Below, in pieces: positions 40,660-49,745 of a stretch of 61,388 bases of DNA. Position 1 is the stretch's first letter. Each line of letters starts with the position of its first letter. Position numbers and translations under genes: made by a program. The DNA comes from an uncultured Chitinophagaceae bacterium. GTDB taxonomy: Bacteria; Bacteroidota; Ignavibacteria; UBA10030; UBA8401. The stretch spans positions 1 through 61,388 of the forward strand of contig CAYHZL010000002.1 in NCBI GenBank assembly GCA_964361075.1, given 5' to 3'. The notes beneath the pieces were generated by a model, which saw only the letters and a list, made by a program, of their open reading frames with translations, ran no database searches and was not told where the DNA came from.

Positions 40660-40751
40660 CACTTAGAAAAAAACCAAGGTCTTCCGTTAAAAGGTAAAGT
40701 ACGGCGGACAAGTTAAGACCTTGAGGAGTTAACGAAACGAAAAAACTCGAA

Positions 40752-40784
40752 AGACCTTCAAGGTTTTAAAAACCTTGAAGGTCT
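40752..40784. repeat. REP hairpin AGACCTTCAAGGTTTT-A-AAAACCTTGAAGGTCT (second copy at 43001-43033)
   Basis: Two near-identical palindromes bracket the caspase-like gene. Confidence 0.85.
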
Positions 40785-40805
40785 AAATAAATAATAGAGG
40801 CACGT

Positions 40806-42995
40806 ATGAAAAAAATAATTTTCTTTATTGTGTTGATGACCACGACACTTTTTAGTCAATCTCTTGAAGAAAAAGTAAACCGTATTTCGATGTTAACCAG
40901 AATGGAGTTTTCTGCAACTGCTCTGGAACAACAACGCGATGAAAAACTTCGTGAATTACAAAATCCGGTGAAAGATGAATTTGAAACGCAGATGATGTTT
41001 GCAAAACGTAAAGCAGAAGCTGCTAATAAAGCAAAAGAAATACGCAGTGAATATGAGAACAAAATTGCCGAAGCAAAACGGAAATTTGATGAAAGTATCA
41101 GTGAATTGAAACAAGAGCGAGATCAATTACTTGCATCATCCGAACAAGATGCAACTTCTTCATTCACGGTCGGTGCTTACAACGCAGACAATCAGCAGTT
41201 TCCAATTACACTAACAGCAATGCGCGAGTCATTTGATATTCCAATCTCTATGCAGCTTGCTCGGGAATTCAAGAATACTTCCTCATCACTTCAAGCTCAA
41301 GGAAAAAAACGTCTTACGGCAGATGTGAAATATGAATATTACAATTGGAGAATAAATTTTAATGGGCAAGTCATTCCATTCGGCACGCAAAAAGGGAAGC
41401 AGCAATATGCCGCCTCAAAATCTCAGCCAAGTTTGCCGCCGCAATTATCAACATCCGTTACATTTTCGGAAGCCTCCGGCAATTTGAAACTTGATGCAAA
41501 TGAAACCGGAGAGATAGTTGCTACCGTTACTAACAGCGGAAAAGGAACAGCGTTTGGTGTTGAACTCAATGCAAAACTTGAAAATGGAAATGCTATTACA
41601 ATTTCACCATCGGCATACATCGGAGAAATTCCTTCTGGTCAGACACGCACAGCAAAACTTACACTGCGTGCAAACGGTGATGTTACAAATGGGAATACAA
41701 CTGCGATTATTTCTTGCAACGAATCCAACGGTTTTGCTCCTGCAGGAAATAAGATCACATTTGAAACAAAAGCGCTCATCCCACCCAAACTTATTCTGGC
41801 AGATGTCGGAATTGATGACAATAATAAGAATGGAAAAATTGAACCATCCGAAATTGTAAAAGTAACTGCACGAATACAAAACACCGGTCGAGGTAATGCA
41901 GAAAAAGTAAAAGCAAAAATATCTATCGGAGAAAATGTATTTCTTACCGGCGGTTCGCAGTCAGAATTTGCAATCGGCACATTAGAAAGCGGAAAATATT
42001 CTGATGTGAACTTCTCAATCTATACGAATAATCTCGCGACAAGTGTTCCCGTTTCAATTTCTGTTTCAGAATCATACAACAAATATGGAATTTCTTCGCA
42101 ACCATTGCCACTTTCATTTAACAAAACGATTGCAAGCATCGAAGAAATTACGGTAAAAGGGAAAGATGAAAAATATGGTGACATCAACATTGCCACTGGT
42201 CTTTCAGTTGATGTGGATATGAATATTCCTACAACACAAACAAAGAATTCTGATGCGGTTGCATTGGTAATAGGCATTTCAAAATATAAAAATCCGAATG
42301 TGCCGAGTGTTGATTACGCCAAGCACGGTGCAACGATCATGAAAGAATATTTGGTAAAAACATTGGGCTATAATGAAAAAAGAATTATTTATGCGGATGA
42401 TGAAAATGCCGGAAAGAATGATTTTAATATCATGTTGCAAAAGCTTTCAAACATGGTGAAGGCTGGTAAGTCCGATGTATTTGTGTATTACAACGGACAC
42501 GGCGCACCGGATACTAAAACGAATGATGCGTTCTTTGTTCCGTATGATTGCGATCCTGAGTATGCGAATGTTTCTGGTTATCCAGTTACGGAATTTTACA
42601 GCCAGATAGGAAAACTTCCGGCGCGAAGCATTACTGTTGTGTTAGATGCATGCTTCAGCGGTTCAACTCCGAAAGGATTGTTGTTTAAAGGAGTGAGTCC
42701 GGCATTGTTGAAAGTGAAAAATCCTATTGCTGCGCTGCACAACGGAATCGTTTTTAGTTCATCATCCGAAAATCAATTATCAAATTGGTATCCGGAAAAG
42801 AAGCATGGATTGTTCACGTATTATTTCTTGAAAGCGTTACAAGGTGATGCGGACGTGAACAAAGACAAACAAATATCAGTTGAAGAAATTGAAAAATATT
42901 TGAATGACAATATTCCCGATAAAGCGCGTGAACAAAACAGAGAACAAACGCCGCAAGTGGTGGGAGATAAAAACAGAGTGGTAGTGAAGTATTAA
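40806..42995 (+). CDS. Secreted caspase-family (peptidase C14) protein with coiled-coil and Ig-like/CARDB domains
   Basis: ALVIGISKY, YYNGHG, VLDACFSG (His-Cys dyad), HGLFTYYFL, QTP. Confidence 0.9.
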   Translation: MKKIIFFIVLMTTTLFSQSLEEKVNRISMLTRMEFSATALEQQRDEKLRELQNPVKDEFETQMMFAKRKAEAANKAKEIRSEYENKIAEAKRKFDESISELKQERDQLLASSEQDATSSFTVGAYNADNQQFPITLTAMRESFDIPISMQLAREFKNTSSSLQAQGKKRLTADVKYEYYNWRINFNGQVIPFGTQKGKQQYAASKSQPSLPPQLSTSVTFSEASGNLKLDANETGEIVATVTNSGKGTAFGVELNAKLENGNAITISPSAYIGEIPSGQTRTAKLTLRANGDVTNGNTTAIISCNESNGFAPAGNKITFETKALIPPKLILADVGIDDNNKNGKIEPSEIVKVTARIQNTGRGNAEKVKAKISIGENVFLTGGSQSEFAIGTLESGKYSDVNFSIYTNNLATSVPVSISVSESYNKYGISSQPLPLSFNKTIASIEEITVKGKDEKYGDINIATGLSVDVDMNIPTTQTKNSDAVALVIGISKYKNPNVPSVDYAKHGATIMKEYLVKTLGYNEKRIIYADDENAGKNDFNIMLQKLSNMVKAGKSDVFVYYNGHGAPDTKTNDAFFVPYDCDPEYANVSGYPVTEFYSQIGKLPARSITVVLDACFSGSTPKGLLFKGVSPALLKVKNPIAALHNGIVFSSSSENQLSNWYPEKKHGLFTYYFLKALQGDADVNKDKQISVEEIEKYLNDNIPDKAREQNREQTPQVVGDKNRVVVKY

Positions 42996-43043
42996 ATACA
43001 AGACCTTCAAGGTTTTTAAAACCTTGAAGGTCTGGAAATAATA

Positions 43044-43086
43044 AAAAAAGGACGAAGGTTGATGCAGCCTTCGTCCTTTCTGTTTT
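43044..43086. terminator. Bidirectional rho-independent terminator between convergent genes
   Basis: AAAGGACGAAGGTTG-ATG-CAGCCTTCGTCCTTT. Confidence 0.75.
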
Positions 43087-43110
43087 CAGCAAGGGGACCG
43101 AAGCAAACCG

Positions 43111-43941
43111 TTAATAGTTGCCAGTTGATAGGTCTGCAGTAAACTTTGTTCCATCAATTGTGAACGTTGCGCTTCCACCGCCAAGAGTAATTGTAAATGT
43201 CTTAGTGATTGTAAACGGCGCTTTGCCGGGCACAGTAACGGTGGCAGTGTACACGCCCTCGATTTTTCCACTGGTTTTCTCCGAGCGATTCATTCTGCTG
43301 CCTCGGGGTCCTTTCACGTCGGTAAATGTCAACGAGAGTGCGCTTACAAACTTACTGCCTTTGCGTGTCCCCAAAATTACGCTGTCACGTCCTGATCGTG
43401 CGTAAGTACCGTTAATCGTTACAGTAGTGTCGGCATTGAGGTTCGCTGTCCAATTGCTGCTGAGTGAAGTCAAATCGTGAATCAAGCGTAAAGTTTGAAA
43501 ATGCCCACTTCCGCTAACAATCTTATGTTTGACTGTAACAGCGCCGACTCTCGACTGTTGAGCTTTGCCATTGCTTCCGATGAATTGATGCCAATAGGTA
43601 CGCGACCACCATCCAATTGCCCGCGCTCTATAAATGTAAAGCGACCATGATGTGTCATTCGCATTGAACTTCAACAACGTAGAATCTCCATAAGCCTTAC
43701 CCAACGCTTCTCCACCCCCCACGCCAGCACCGCCGGCAATTTCAAAAACATCGTTCACTTGGTCTATCGCACCGCCGTTGTTGCTTGCAAGCGCGTCTGA
43801 GACGGCGTAAGCAACCTCATCTGTTGTTACAACAGTTTCATCAGTAACCGGATTATCATTCTTTTTACAACCGGTGAATATGCTGCCGGCAATAAGCAGT
43901 GTAATACACACTGCACTAAAAAAACGAATTGTGGATTTCAT
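43111..43941 (-). CDS. Hypothetical lipoprotein
   Basis: Lipobox FTGC; beta-rich, Thr/Gly-rich. Confidence 0.7.
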   Translation of the reverse strand: MKSTIRFFSAVCITLLIAGSIFTGCKKNDNPVTDETVVTTDEVAYAVSDALASNNGGAIDQVNDVFEIAGGAGVGGGEALGKAYGDSTLLKFNANDTSWSLYIYRARAIGWWSRTYWHQFIGSNGKAQQSRVGAVTVKHKIVSGSGHFQTLRLIHDLTSLSSNWTANLNADTTVTINGTYARSGRDSVILGTRKGSKFVSALSLTFTDVKGPRGSRMNRSEKTSGKIEGVYTATVTVPGKAPFTITKTFTITLGGGSATFTIDGTKFTADLSTGNY

Positions 43942-44024
43942 AATTGACTCCTTTAATAAAGTTATAGAACCGTGAATTAATAAATTTTTTTAATTGTGTA
44001 ACAATACATCAGCGTACAAAAAAA

Positions 44025-44417
44025 TTATTGTTGCATTCGTTCGCGCATCATCGAACGGCGTTCTTTTTTCCATTCTTCATACTTTGGTTTTTGTTCTTTT
44101 GTGAGAATTTTTTCAATCGCTGTGTCGGTTTTTTCCATTCGCTCCATCATTGCTTGGCGCATTGCATCTCGATCACCTTCAAAACTATCGCGATCTTTTT
44201 CCATTTGCTCACGCGATTTTTTCATAATGTCGCCAATTTTTTTTGCTTGCTCATCGGAAAGGGAAAGTTTTTCCTTCATTGTAGCTATCATTTGCTCGCC
44301 GCGTTCTTTGTTGTGCGGTTTGTCTTGTGAAAACAGAGCGGTGGATGAAAATGCAAAAGTTACAGCGATGAGAAATGTTATCGCAAATAATGTACGAAAT
44401 GTTAATCGTGAATTCAT
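44025..44417 (-). CDS. Periplasmic Spy/CpxP-like (LTXXQ) protein
   Basis: Signal peptide; LSLSDEQ and ILTKEQ motifs; Met/Arg-rich. Confidence 0.75.
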   Translation of the reverse strand: MNSRLTFRTLFAITFLIAVTFAFSSTALFSQDKPHNKERGEQMIATMKEKLSLSDEQAKKIGDIMKKSREQMEKDRDSFEGDRDAMRQAMMERMEKTDTAIEKILTKEQKPKYEEWKKERRSMMRERMQQ

Positions 44418-44833
44418 AGATATAATCCTTTTTATTTAAATGATGAATAACCGTTTCAGAGTATAAGACACGGAGAGGCAAGATTCGGTTTAATGTATGT
44501 TTGAGTAGTGTCTTATCTATAAATATCCGTTTCAGAGTATAAGCCGAATCACAAGGTGATCCCTTTGGAACTTGTCTCGCTGTACGGGATGTCCCGCTTT
44601 TCAGGATTCCGCCTATGCAAAGATTCTGTCTATGCGGGATTTAAAAAAAAGCGGAACCGTAAAGCGGCATTTCGGCATCTAAAAAGCAAGCAAAGATGCT
44701 GGTTCGCCGCGGCGAATCAGCATGACGAGCTTGTTAAAATTCAAATTAAGACATTACTCATCTTCTTCCTGCTTGCTATCTTCTGTAAAAAAGAAGTACC
44801 TTTACTGTACAGACATACGAAAGGAGGTGTTCC

Positions 44834-45454
44834 ATGAAACCTCTGGTATTGTTCTTCATTCTTGTTTTTTTTGCAGGATGCTCTTCCTCAGAGCAAAGCA
44901 CCGATTTCACTCTTCCCGAACTACTTATGCAAGCTCCGCTTCCCGTTTTTTCGGAACGAATTCGCCGCGGTGAATCGCAGTTGAGATTAGATTTAAAGAT
45001 TCTTGTTGCTAAAGATGGGTCGGTCCGTGATGTTGTGTTTCTCAACGGCAGCGGTACTATCGCATGGGATACAATCGCGGCTGTTGCAATCAGGCAATGG
45101 CGCTACTCGCCTGCGCGGTACAACAATCAACCGATTCAACTTTGGCTGCGTCAAACGGCAATTGTAAGATTTGCTGAGCCGCTGTATATCTTTCTTGCAG
45201 AAATAGTGTGCAATACGCAGGAAGCCGCCGATTCTGCATATAACTTACTGGAACACGGCTCACACTTTGCTGAAGTAACACTGCTCTATTCTGTTGTTCC
45301 TTCGCGTGAAAAAAAAGGAGTGCTCGGAGAAATAAATATTGGCTTGTACACTGAAACTATTAAACGCATACTTGCCGATCTTGAAATAGAACACTATTCA
45401 AAACCGGTGAAGTATGGCAGCCACTATGTAATTTTCAAAAGATTGATGAACTGA
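44834..45454 (+). CDS. Lipoprotein with a TonB C-terminal domain fused to a parvulin-like PPIase domain
   Basis: FAGC lipobox; V.KDGSV...AIRQWRYSPA; then A...L..G..FAE...YS...GVLG...SKPV...YVIFK. Confidence 0.7.
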   Translation: MKPLVLFFILVFFAGCSSSEQSTDFTLPELLMQAPLPVFSERIRRGESQLRLDLKILVAKDGSVRDVVFLNGSGTIAWDTIAAVAIRQWRYSPARYNNQPIQLWLRQTAIVRFAEPLYIFLAEIVCNTQEAADSAYNLLEHGSHFAEVTLLYSVVPSREKKGVLGEINIGLYTETIKRILADLEIEHYSKPVKYGSHYVIFKRLMN

Positions 45455-45502
45455 AATTGTAATGTCTTGCTTACTTCTGCAAAAAAATAAAGAAGTAGAA
45501 AC

Positions 45503-45531
45503 TTGCTTCAGCCGTAAAACGTTATTATATT
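45503..45531 (+). promoter_or_regulatory. Sigma70-like promoter with no downstream ORF on this strand
   Basis: TTGCTT-17-TATATT, same form as the rpsT promoter TTGCCA-17-TATATT. Confidence 0.6.
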
Positions 45532-45537
45532 AAAACA

Positions 45538-45745
45538 ATGCTACTCTAAACCGAAAACCCCGACGAAGTCTGGGAAACCGTTTAACGGTAGTCTTGAGCA
45601 ATCAGAACATAGGTTTTCTGGACGTATAAGTTTTTTCAATTTAATAATCCAAAAGGTTGTCTGCTTACCATAACTCGCCCATCGGCGGAGGTTGTTTCGG
45701 GTTGCCGAAACACGGGTAGCAGAAAATCTTTTGGATTTTGTTTTT
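45538..45745 (+). ncRNA. Putative DUF3800-associated structured RNA with two multibranch domains
   Basis: Domain A 45551-45621: closing stem plus three hairpins, one GCAA tetraloop. Domain B 45646-45737: about 22-bp closing stem plus two hairpins, then a U-rich tail. G-U pairs favour the + strand. Confidence 0.65.
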
Positions 45746-45755
45746 ATACCCATTT

Positions 45756-46577
45756 CTATAGTTCAAACGGAGAAGCTTTTTCCAAACAAAATGGATTTTC
45801 TTTTGTATAATAATTTGTCGTAGTACTTCCAGCTTTGGAATAGTTCTTTGTATCGTACAAATCGATAATGAGGTTATACTTATCTATCAATGCATCATAA
45901 AACCGAGATTCATTGAACCGAATATATCGCTGAAGCGACCACAGTAAATAATCAATGATGCTCATTTCGGGATATTCACTGCTTGCTACAATATCGTGGT
46001 GATACTGAATTGCTCGTGGATTTTTTCTACGTTTATTGTCTCGTTCAATAGCCCTTTTAGTAGCATCTTCAAAATTTTCCATTCTAGTTTTTTGTCGCTG
46101 GGCAAGATAGATTTGATAGAATTCCTCCTCGCTGTTCAACCTATCTTTTAAAAGATGATAGAGTAGGTCGTGGTAAAATTCTGTGGGATTACTTTTATGA
46201 GTTCTTTCAAAACGATAAAGTGCTTTTCTGCCTATGACAATAAATGTGCGGAAACCGTCAAGATTTCGGATCGTAGTTACAACTTTTGTTCTAATATCAG
46301 GATGATCCTCAATAGCGTGAATATACCAACCTGGTTTCACGGAGTGTAATTTATTGTAGAGAGGATCGTTTTCAATTTCACTTTTCAAATCAACCATTGC
46401 TTTTCGAAGGACACGCCTGTTTTGGGTTTGTATCATTCCCATAAGCAGGAGAGGCTGATAACCAGGAGTTCCAATAAGAAGCTTATGACGATTCGCAAAG
46501 AAATTTGGGTCGCCGCTTTCATCAATAAAAAAGTAGCTTTTGGTTAATGCGGTTGTTTTATTTTGCGCATTGTTCAT
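45756..46577 (-). CDS. DUF3800 domain protein (RNase H-like fold)
   Basis: N-terminal FFIDESGD; C-terminal SIIDYLLW (variant of Q.AD). Confidence 0.85.
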   Translation of the reverse strand: MNNAQNKTTALTKSYFFIDESGDPNFFANRHKLLIGTPGYQPLLLMGMIQTQNRRVLRKAMVDLKSEIENDPLYNKLHSVKPGWYIHAIEDHPDIRTKVVTTIRNLDGFRTFIVIGRKALYRFERTHKSNPTEFYHDLLYHLLKDRLNSEEEFYQIYLAQRQKTRMENFEDATKRAIERDNKRRKNPRAIQYHHDIVASSEYPEMSIIDYLLWSLQRYIRFNESRFYDALIDKYNLIIDLYDTKNYSKAGSTTTNYYTKENPFCLEKASPFEL

Positions 46578-46580
46578 TTA

Positions 46581-49500
46581 TTACTTTCCCAACACCTTTT
46601 CCACCAATCCATCAATTTCTTTTAATTCTTCTGATAATGTTCTACGCACATTTAAACGTGCGTTGCCAAGACGAACACCTTCAACTTCTTTTTCAAATTC
46701 TACAACTTTGCTTATTTTCTTTGCACACTGCTCTCCAAGTTTTGCAAGTTCAATGTGCAATGGATTTTTAGAATCATATTGCGGAAATGGAAGTTCCAGA
46801 ATGGTTTTACTTATATGCCTTGGGCCAAATAGACCTCTTGCTTGAAAATCTTTAATGAGTTTATTTGCGTAACCACAATTTAGATATGATGCGAGATAAT
46901 GCGCTTCTTTTAGACTCGTTACTGTAAGCCAGTATGTTGTATAGTCAATCATAAATTCCAAATCAATATTTTCTCTTTCAACTACAACTGCATTTGCATC
47001 TTTTGCCGATGCCGTATAAAGAACTAAATATTTTGCATTTAAATTTTGTTGAGTAAGTTTATTTTGCCAGTTCAAATAGTCATATACATTAACTTCTTCT
47101 TCTTTGTTCCTTTCGGTTTTATTGCTTTCCCAATGACCTTCAGCTTCTTTAAACCATTCACCTGTTTCTCTATCACCACGTTTAAATATATCTCCCGACT
47201 TTAAGAGAGAAATATTTTTCTTTCCTTCAACTTCGGTTATGGCAATTGGCAATAATACAAACAAAGGATTTATTAACGCAAACGGAATAATATTTTTAGA
47301 TAGGGCTGTTCTAAATAAATACTTTGTATTTATTCGCCCTCTAATAGTTAAATCTTTCCACGGAACTTTTGCTTCGGGCAATGCAACGGTTTTACATTGT
47401 ATAATTGCATCGTTCAAGTTTTTGGATAATTCTTGCTCCGGTGTAACAAAATAAAACGTGCGCGGAACAATCGTTGCTCCTTGCCTAAACCGTAAAGAAT
47501 AATAACTTTTCTGATTCTTGCCTGATAATTGCTGCGTTGTTAATGCAGAACGCCCATTATTTCCTTGTGAAAGTTTGGAATAATACCATGAAGTTTTATT
47601 CTGTATAAGAGATTGTTTAGCCTCTTCCCAGTGCGTGTTGGTGTTTTTTAATTTTCCCGAAAAGAGAAATCCATGTATTCCAGTTTTCGGTATTTCTCTT
47701 TTACTTCGCAAGTTCACATGTCCTACTTCGGCAAACATAACACAGGAAGGAACGCGAAATAATGGAGATACACTAACTAAATCCCAAACAGAAGTAATCC
47801 GAACCCTCTGAACTCCACCAGAACGTGTATTATCGTGTTGATCGGCAGTTAAAAATGCTCTCGGTAAAACAAAAGCTAATTTGCCATGCGGTTTAAGAAA
47901 ATAATTGCACGAATGAGCAAGAAAGATTGATGCAATTTCCAAATGAGGCATATTTGCTTTAGAACGTGGCGTTACTCCATAGCTAGTCGAGAGTTGAAGT
48001 AATTCATTTTGGTATGATGCGTCAGTTACATCGGCATACGTTAGCCATGGCGGATTACCAATAATAAAATCAAAACGTTGCTTTAATAAAATTGGTTTGT
48101 ATAAATTTTGTAGAATAAATTTCCAGATCGTGTCTCGTTGTTCAAGTTTTGCTTGCCGTAGAGCAACATAGATTTTATAAAAGTTGTAAAAGTGAGATTC
48201 ATTATCACTTGTAATTATTGCGCGAAGTTGTGCGTTGAATTTTCTTTCATCAATTTGTTGTGTTTCAAATTCAGCTATTGAATTACAAAGTTCAATTGAA
48301 TTATCAAAGTCCGAAGGATTTTCAAAAATACTATTTTCCATCGGGTATTGTTTGCGGTCTATTGTAACTTCAAATGTTTGTCCAAACAATTCTGCTGACC
48401 CAAGGGGAAGTCTGAGCGAATTGGCAAGGTACACATTTAAAGCAATCGGTTTTCGTAATTTCTGAATTACTTTTCCGAGCGCAATGAGAATTGTTGTCTT
48501 CGCCACTTGCACCGATAGAGGGTGAATGTCTATGCCGACAACTTGTTCAAGAATTTTATCAACGGGAAGTTTAGGGAAATCTTTCTGAAGTTTAACAATT
48601 GCCGCTCTAAGAAATGAACCACTACCACATGCCGGATCAAGAATATTACTATCTTCTTTAAAATGTAATCCATCAACAATTCGTTCACACAACCAATCGG
48701 GTGTATAATATTCTCCTAATGAATGACGTGTTTCCAAATCAATCAATTCTTGATATACTCCTTTAAGAATATCTTCCTTCACATTATGGAAATCGAATTC
48801 AGTAATTCGTTGCGTTATCTTTTTGAACGCAGGCAGTAAAGTTTTAATATGCTTTTTTTGACTAATCCAAGAATAAAAATCATTATCAACAAACCGCTCT
48901 ACATGGTATTTGTTAAAGATTGAACCGTCAAGTATTCCTTCTAATTCTTTGCTGTCTATATAGTCATCGTTACTGATAATCTTATAAGCAATGATTTTTG
49001 CAAAGATACTTAAATACGTGTGAACAAAAAATACTTCTTGTGAGTCATCAAATTTACCATACGCAATTTCTAAAAATTTTTTCCATTGTTCGTATGCAAT
49101 AAATACTGTCGAATCATTTTTAATATCCGGCAAGTATTTTGTCATTGCATTCATTGTATTCAAAAATACTTGCGATGTTTCCCCAAAAGCGAGTGTAATA
49201 TTTTCTAAAGTAGCGGGTTGAACATTGGTCTTGAAAAGATAGCGGTCGAGGAAGAAAAAGAATTCTGAAAGATTATTTTTGGTTAGTATAAATTTGTCAG
49301 TAGTCTTTAATACAATATCAGTAACAAGCAATTTCGATTTTTTATGAATTAGTTTTTCATAGTTTGGAGCATGAACTTCCCATCGTTCACCATCTGTTGC
49401 AATTAAAACAAAATTATAATCTTCACCCGATTTCCAATTTCCAGCAACATATTCTGCAAGTTGTTCTTTTGCATGTTCACCAGTTTTATTTAAATCTTTT

Positions 49501-49742
49501 TCCCATTCAATGATAATGTTGTTGTATTGAGAGTCCGCCGAACCAGTCTTTACTCTTTCTTTAAGCGGAATATTGAATATTGTTTTTTCGGAGCCAAGAT
49601 CCATTTTATCAATAATGTTTCTTGCCTCTGCATCTGTATCAAACAAACGAACAAGTAAAGTCTTTAATAATTCTTTCTTAGCAAGTTCAGAATTTGCAGT
49701 AACAACGTTACTAAAATATTGTTCTATATCTTTTATATTCAT
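46581..49742 (-). CDS. Type IIG-like fused restriction endonuclease / N6-adenine DNA methyltransferase
   Basis: GEYYTPDW, ILDPACGSGSF (motif I), IIGNPPW (motif IV); N-terminal AD...IIEWE...EQL..Y nuclease-like region; C-terminal specificity region. Confidence 0.88.
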   Translation of the reverse strand: MNIKDIEQYFSNVVTANSELAKKELLKTLLVRLFDTDAEARNIIDKMDLGSEKTIFNIPLKERVKTGSADSQYNNIIIEWEKDLNKTGEHAKEQLAEYVAGNWKSGEDYNFVLIATDGERWEVHAPNYEKLIHKKSKLLVTDIVLKTTDKFILTKNNLSEFFFFLDRYLFKTNVQPATLENITLAFGETSQVFLNTMNAMTKYLPDIKNDSTVFIAYEQWKKFLEIAYGKFDDSQEVFFVHTYLSIFAKIIAYKIISNDDYIDSKELEGILDGSIFNKYHVERFVDNDFYSWISQKKHIKTLLPAFKKITQRITEFDFHNVKEDILKGVYQELIDLETRHSLGEYYTPDWLCERIVDGLHFKEDSNILDPACGSGSFLRAAIVKLQKDFPKLPVDKILEQVVGIDIHPLSVQVAKTTILIALGKVIQKLRKPIALNVYLANSLRLPLGSAELFGQTFEVTIDRKQYPMENSIFENPSDFDNSIELCNSIAEFETQQIDERKFNAQLRAIITSDNESHFYNFYKIYVALRQAKLEQRDTIWKFILQNLYKPILLKQRFDFIIGNPPWLTYADVTDASYQNELLQLSTSYGVTPRSKANMPHLEIASIFLAHSCNYFLKPHGKLAFVLPRAFLTADQHDNTRSGGVQRVRITSVWDLVSVSPLFRVPSCVMFAEVGHVNLRSKREIPKTGIHGFLFSGKLKNTNTHWEEAKQSLIQNKTSWYYSKLSQGNNGRSALTTQQLSGKNQKSYYSLRFRQGATIVPRTFYFVTPEQELSKNLNDAIIQCKTVALPEAKVPWKDLTIRGRINTKYLFRTALSKNIIPFALINPLFVLLPIAITEVEGKKNISLLKSGDIFKRGDRETGEWFKEAEGHWESNKTERNKEEEVNVYDYLNWQNKLTQQNLNAKYLVLYTASAKDANAVVVERENIDLEFMIDYTTYWLTVTSLKEAHYLASYLNCGYANKLIKDFQARGLFGPRHISKTILELPFPQYDSKNPLHIELAKLGEQCAKKISKVVEFEKEVEGVRLGNARLNVRRTLSEELKEIDGLVEKVLGK

Positions 49743-49745
49743 TGT

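Noticed and set aside
38919-40800. Complete DGR locus
   Set aside because: No reverse transcriptase, avd gene or AAC-rich template repeat found in the window.
45551-45621. tRNA gene
   Set aside because: Cloverleaf-like, but lacks the TTCGA T-loop, the D-loop GG, a 7-nt anticodon loop and a CCA end.
45541-45753. 70-aa minus-strand ORF after DUF3800
   Set aside because: No recognisable motif, and it coincides with the heavily base-paired region; a non-coding reading fits better, though translation is not excluded.
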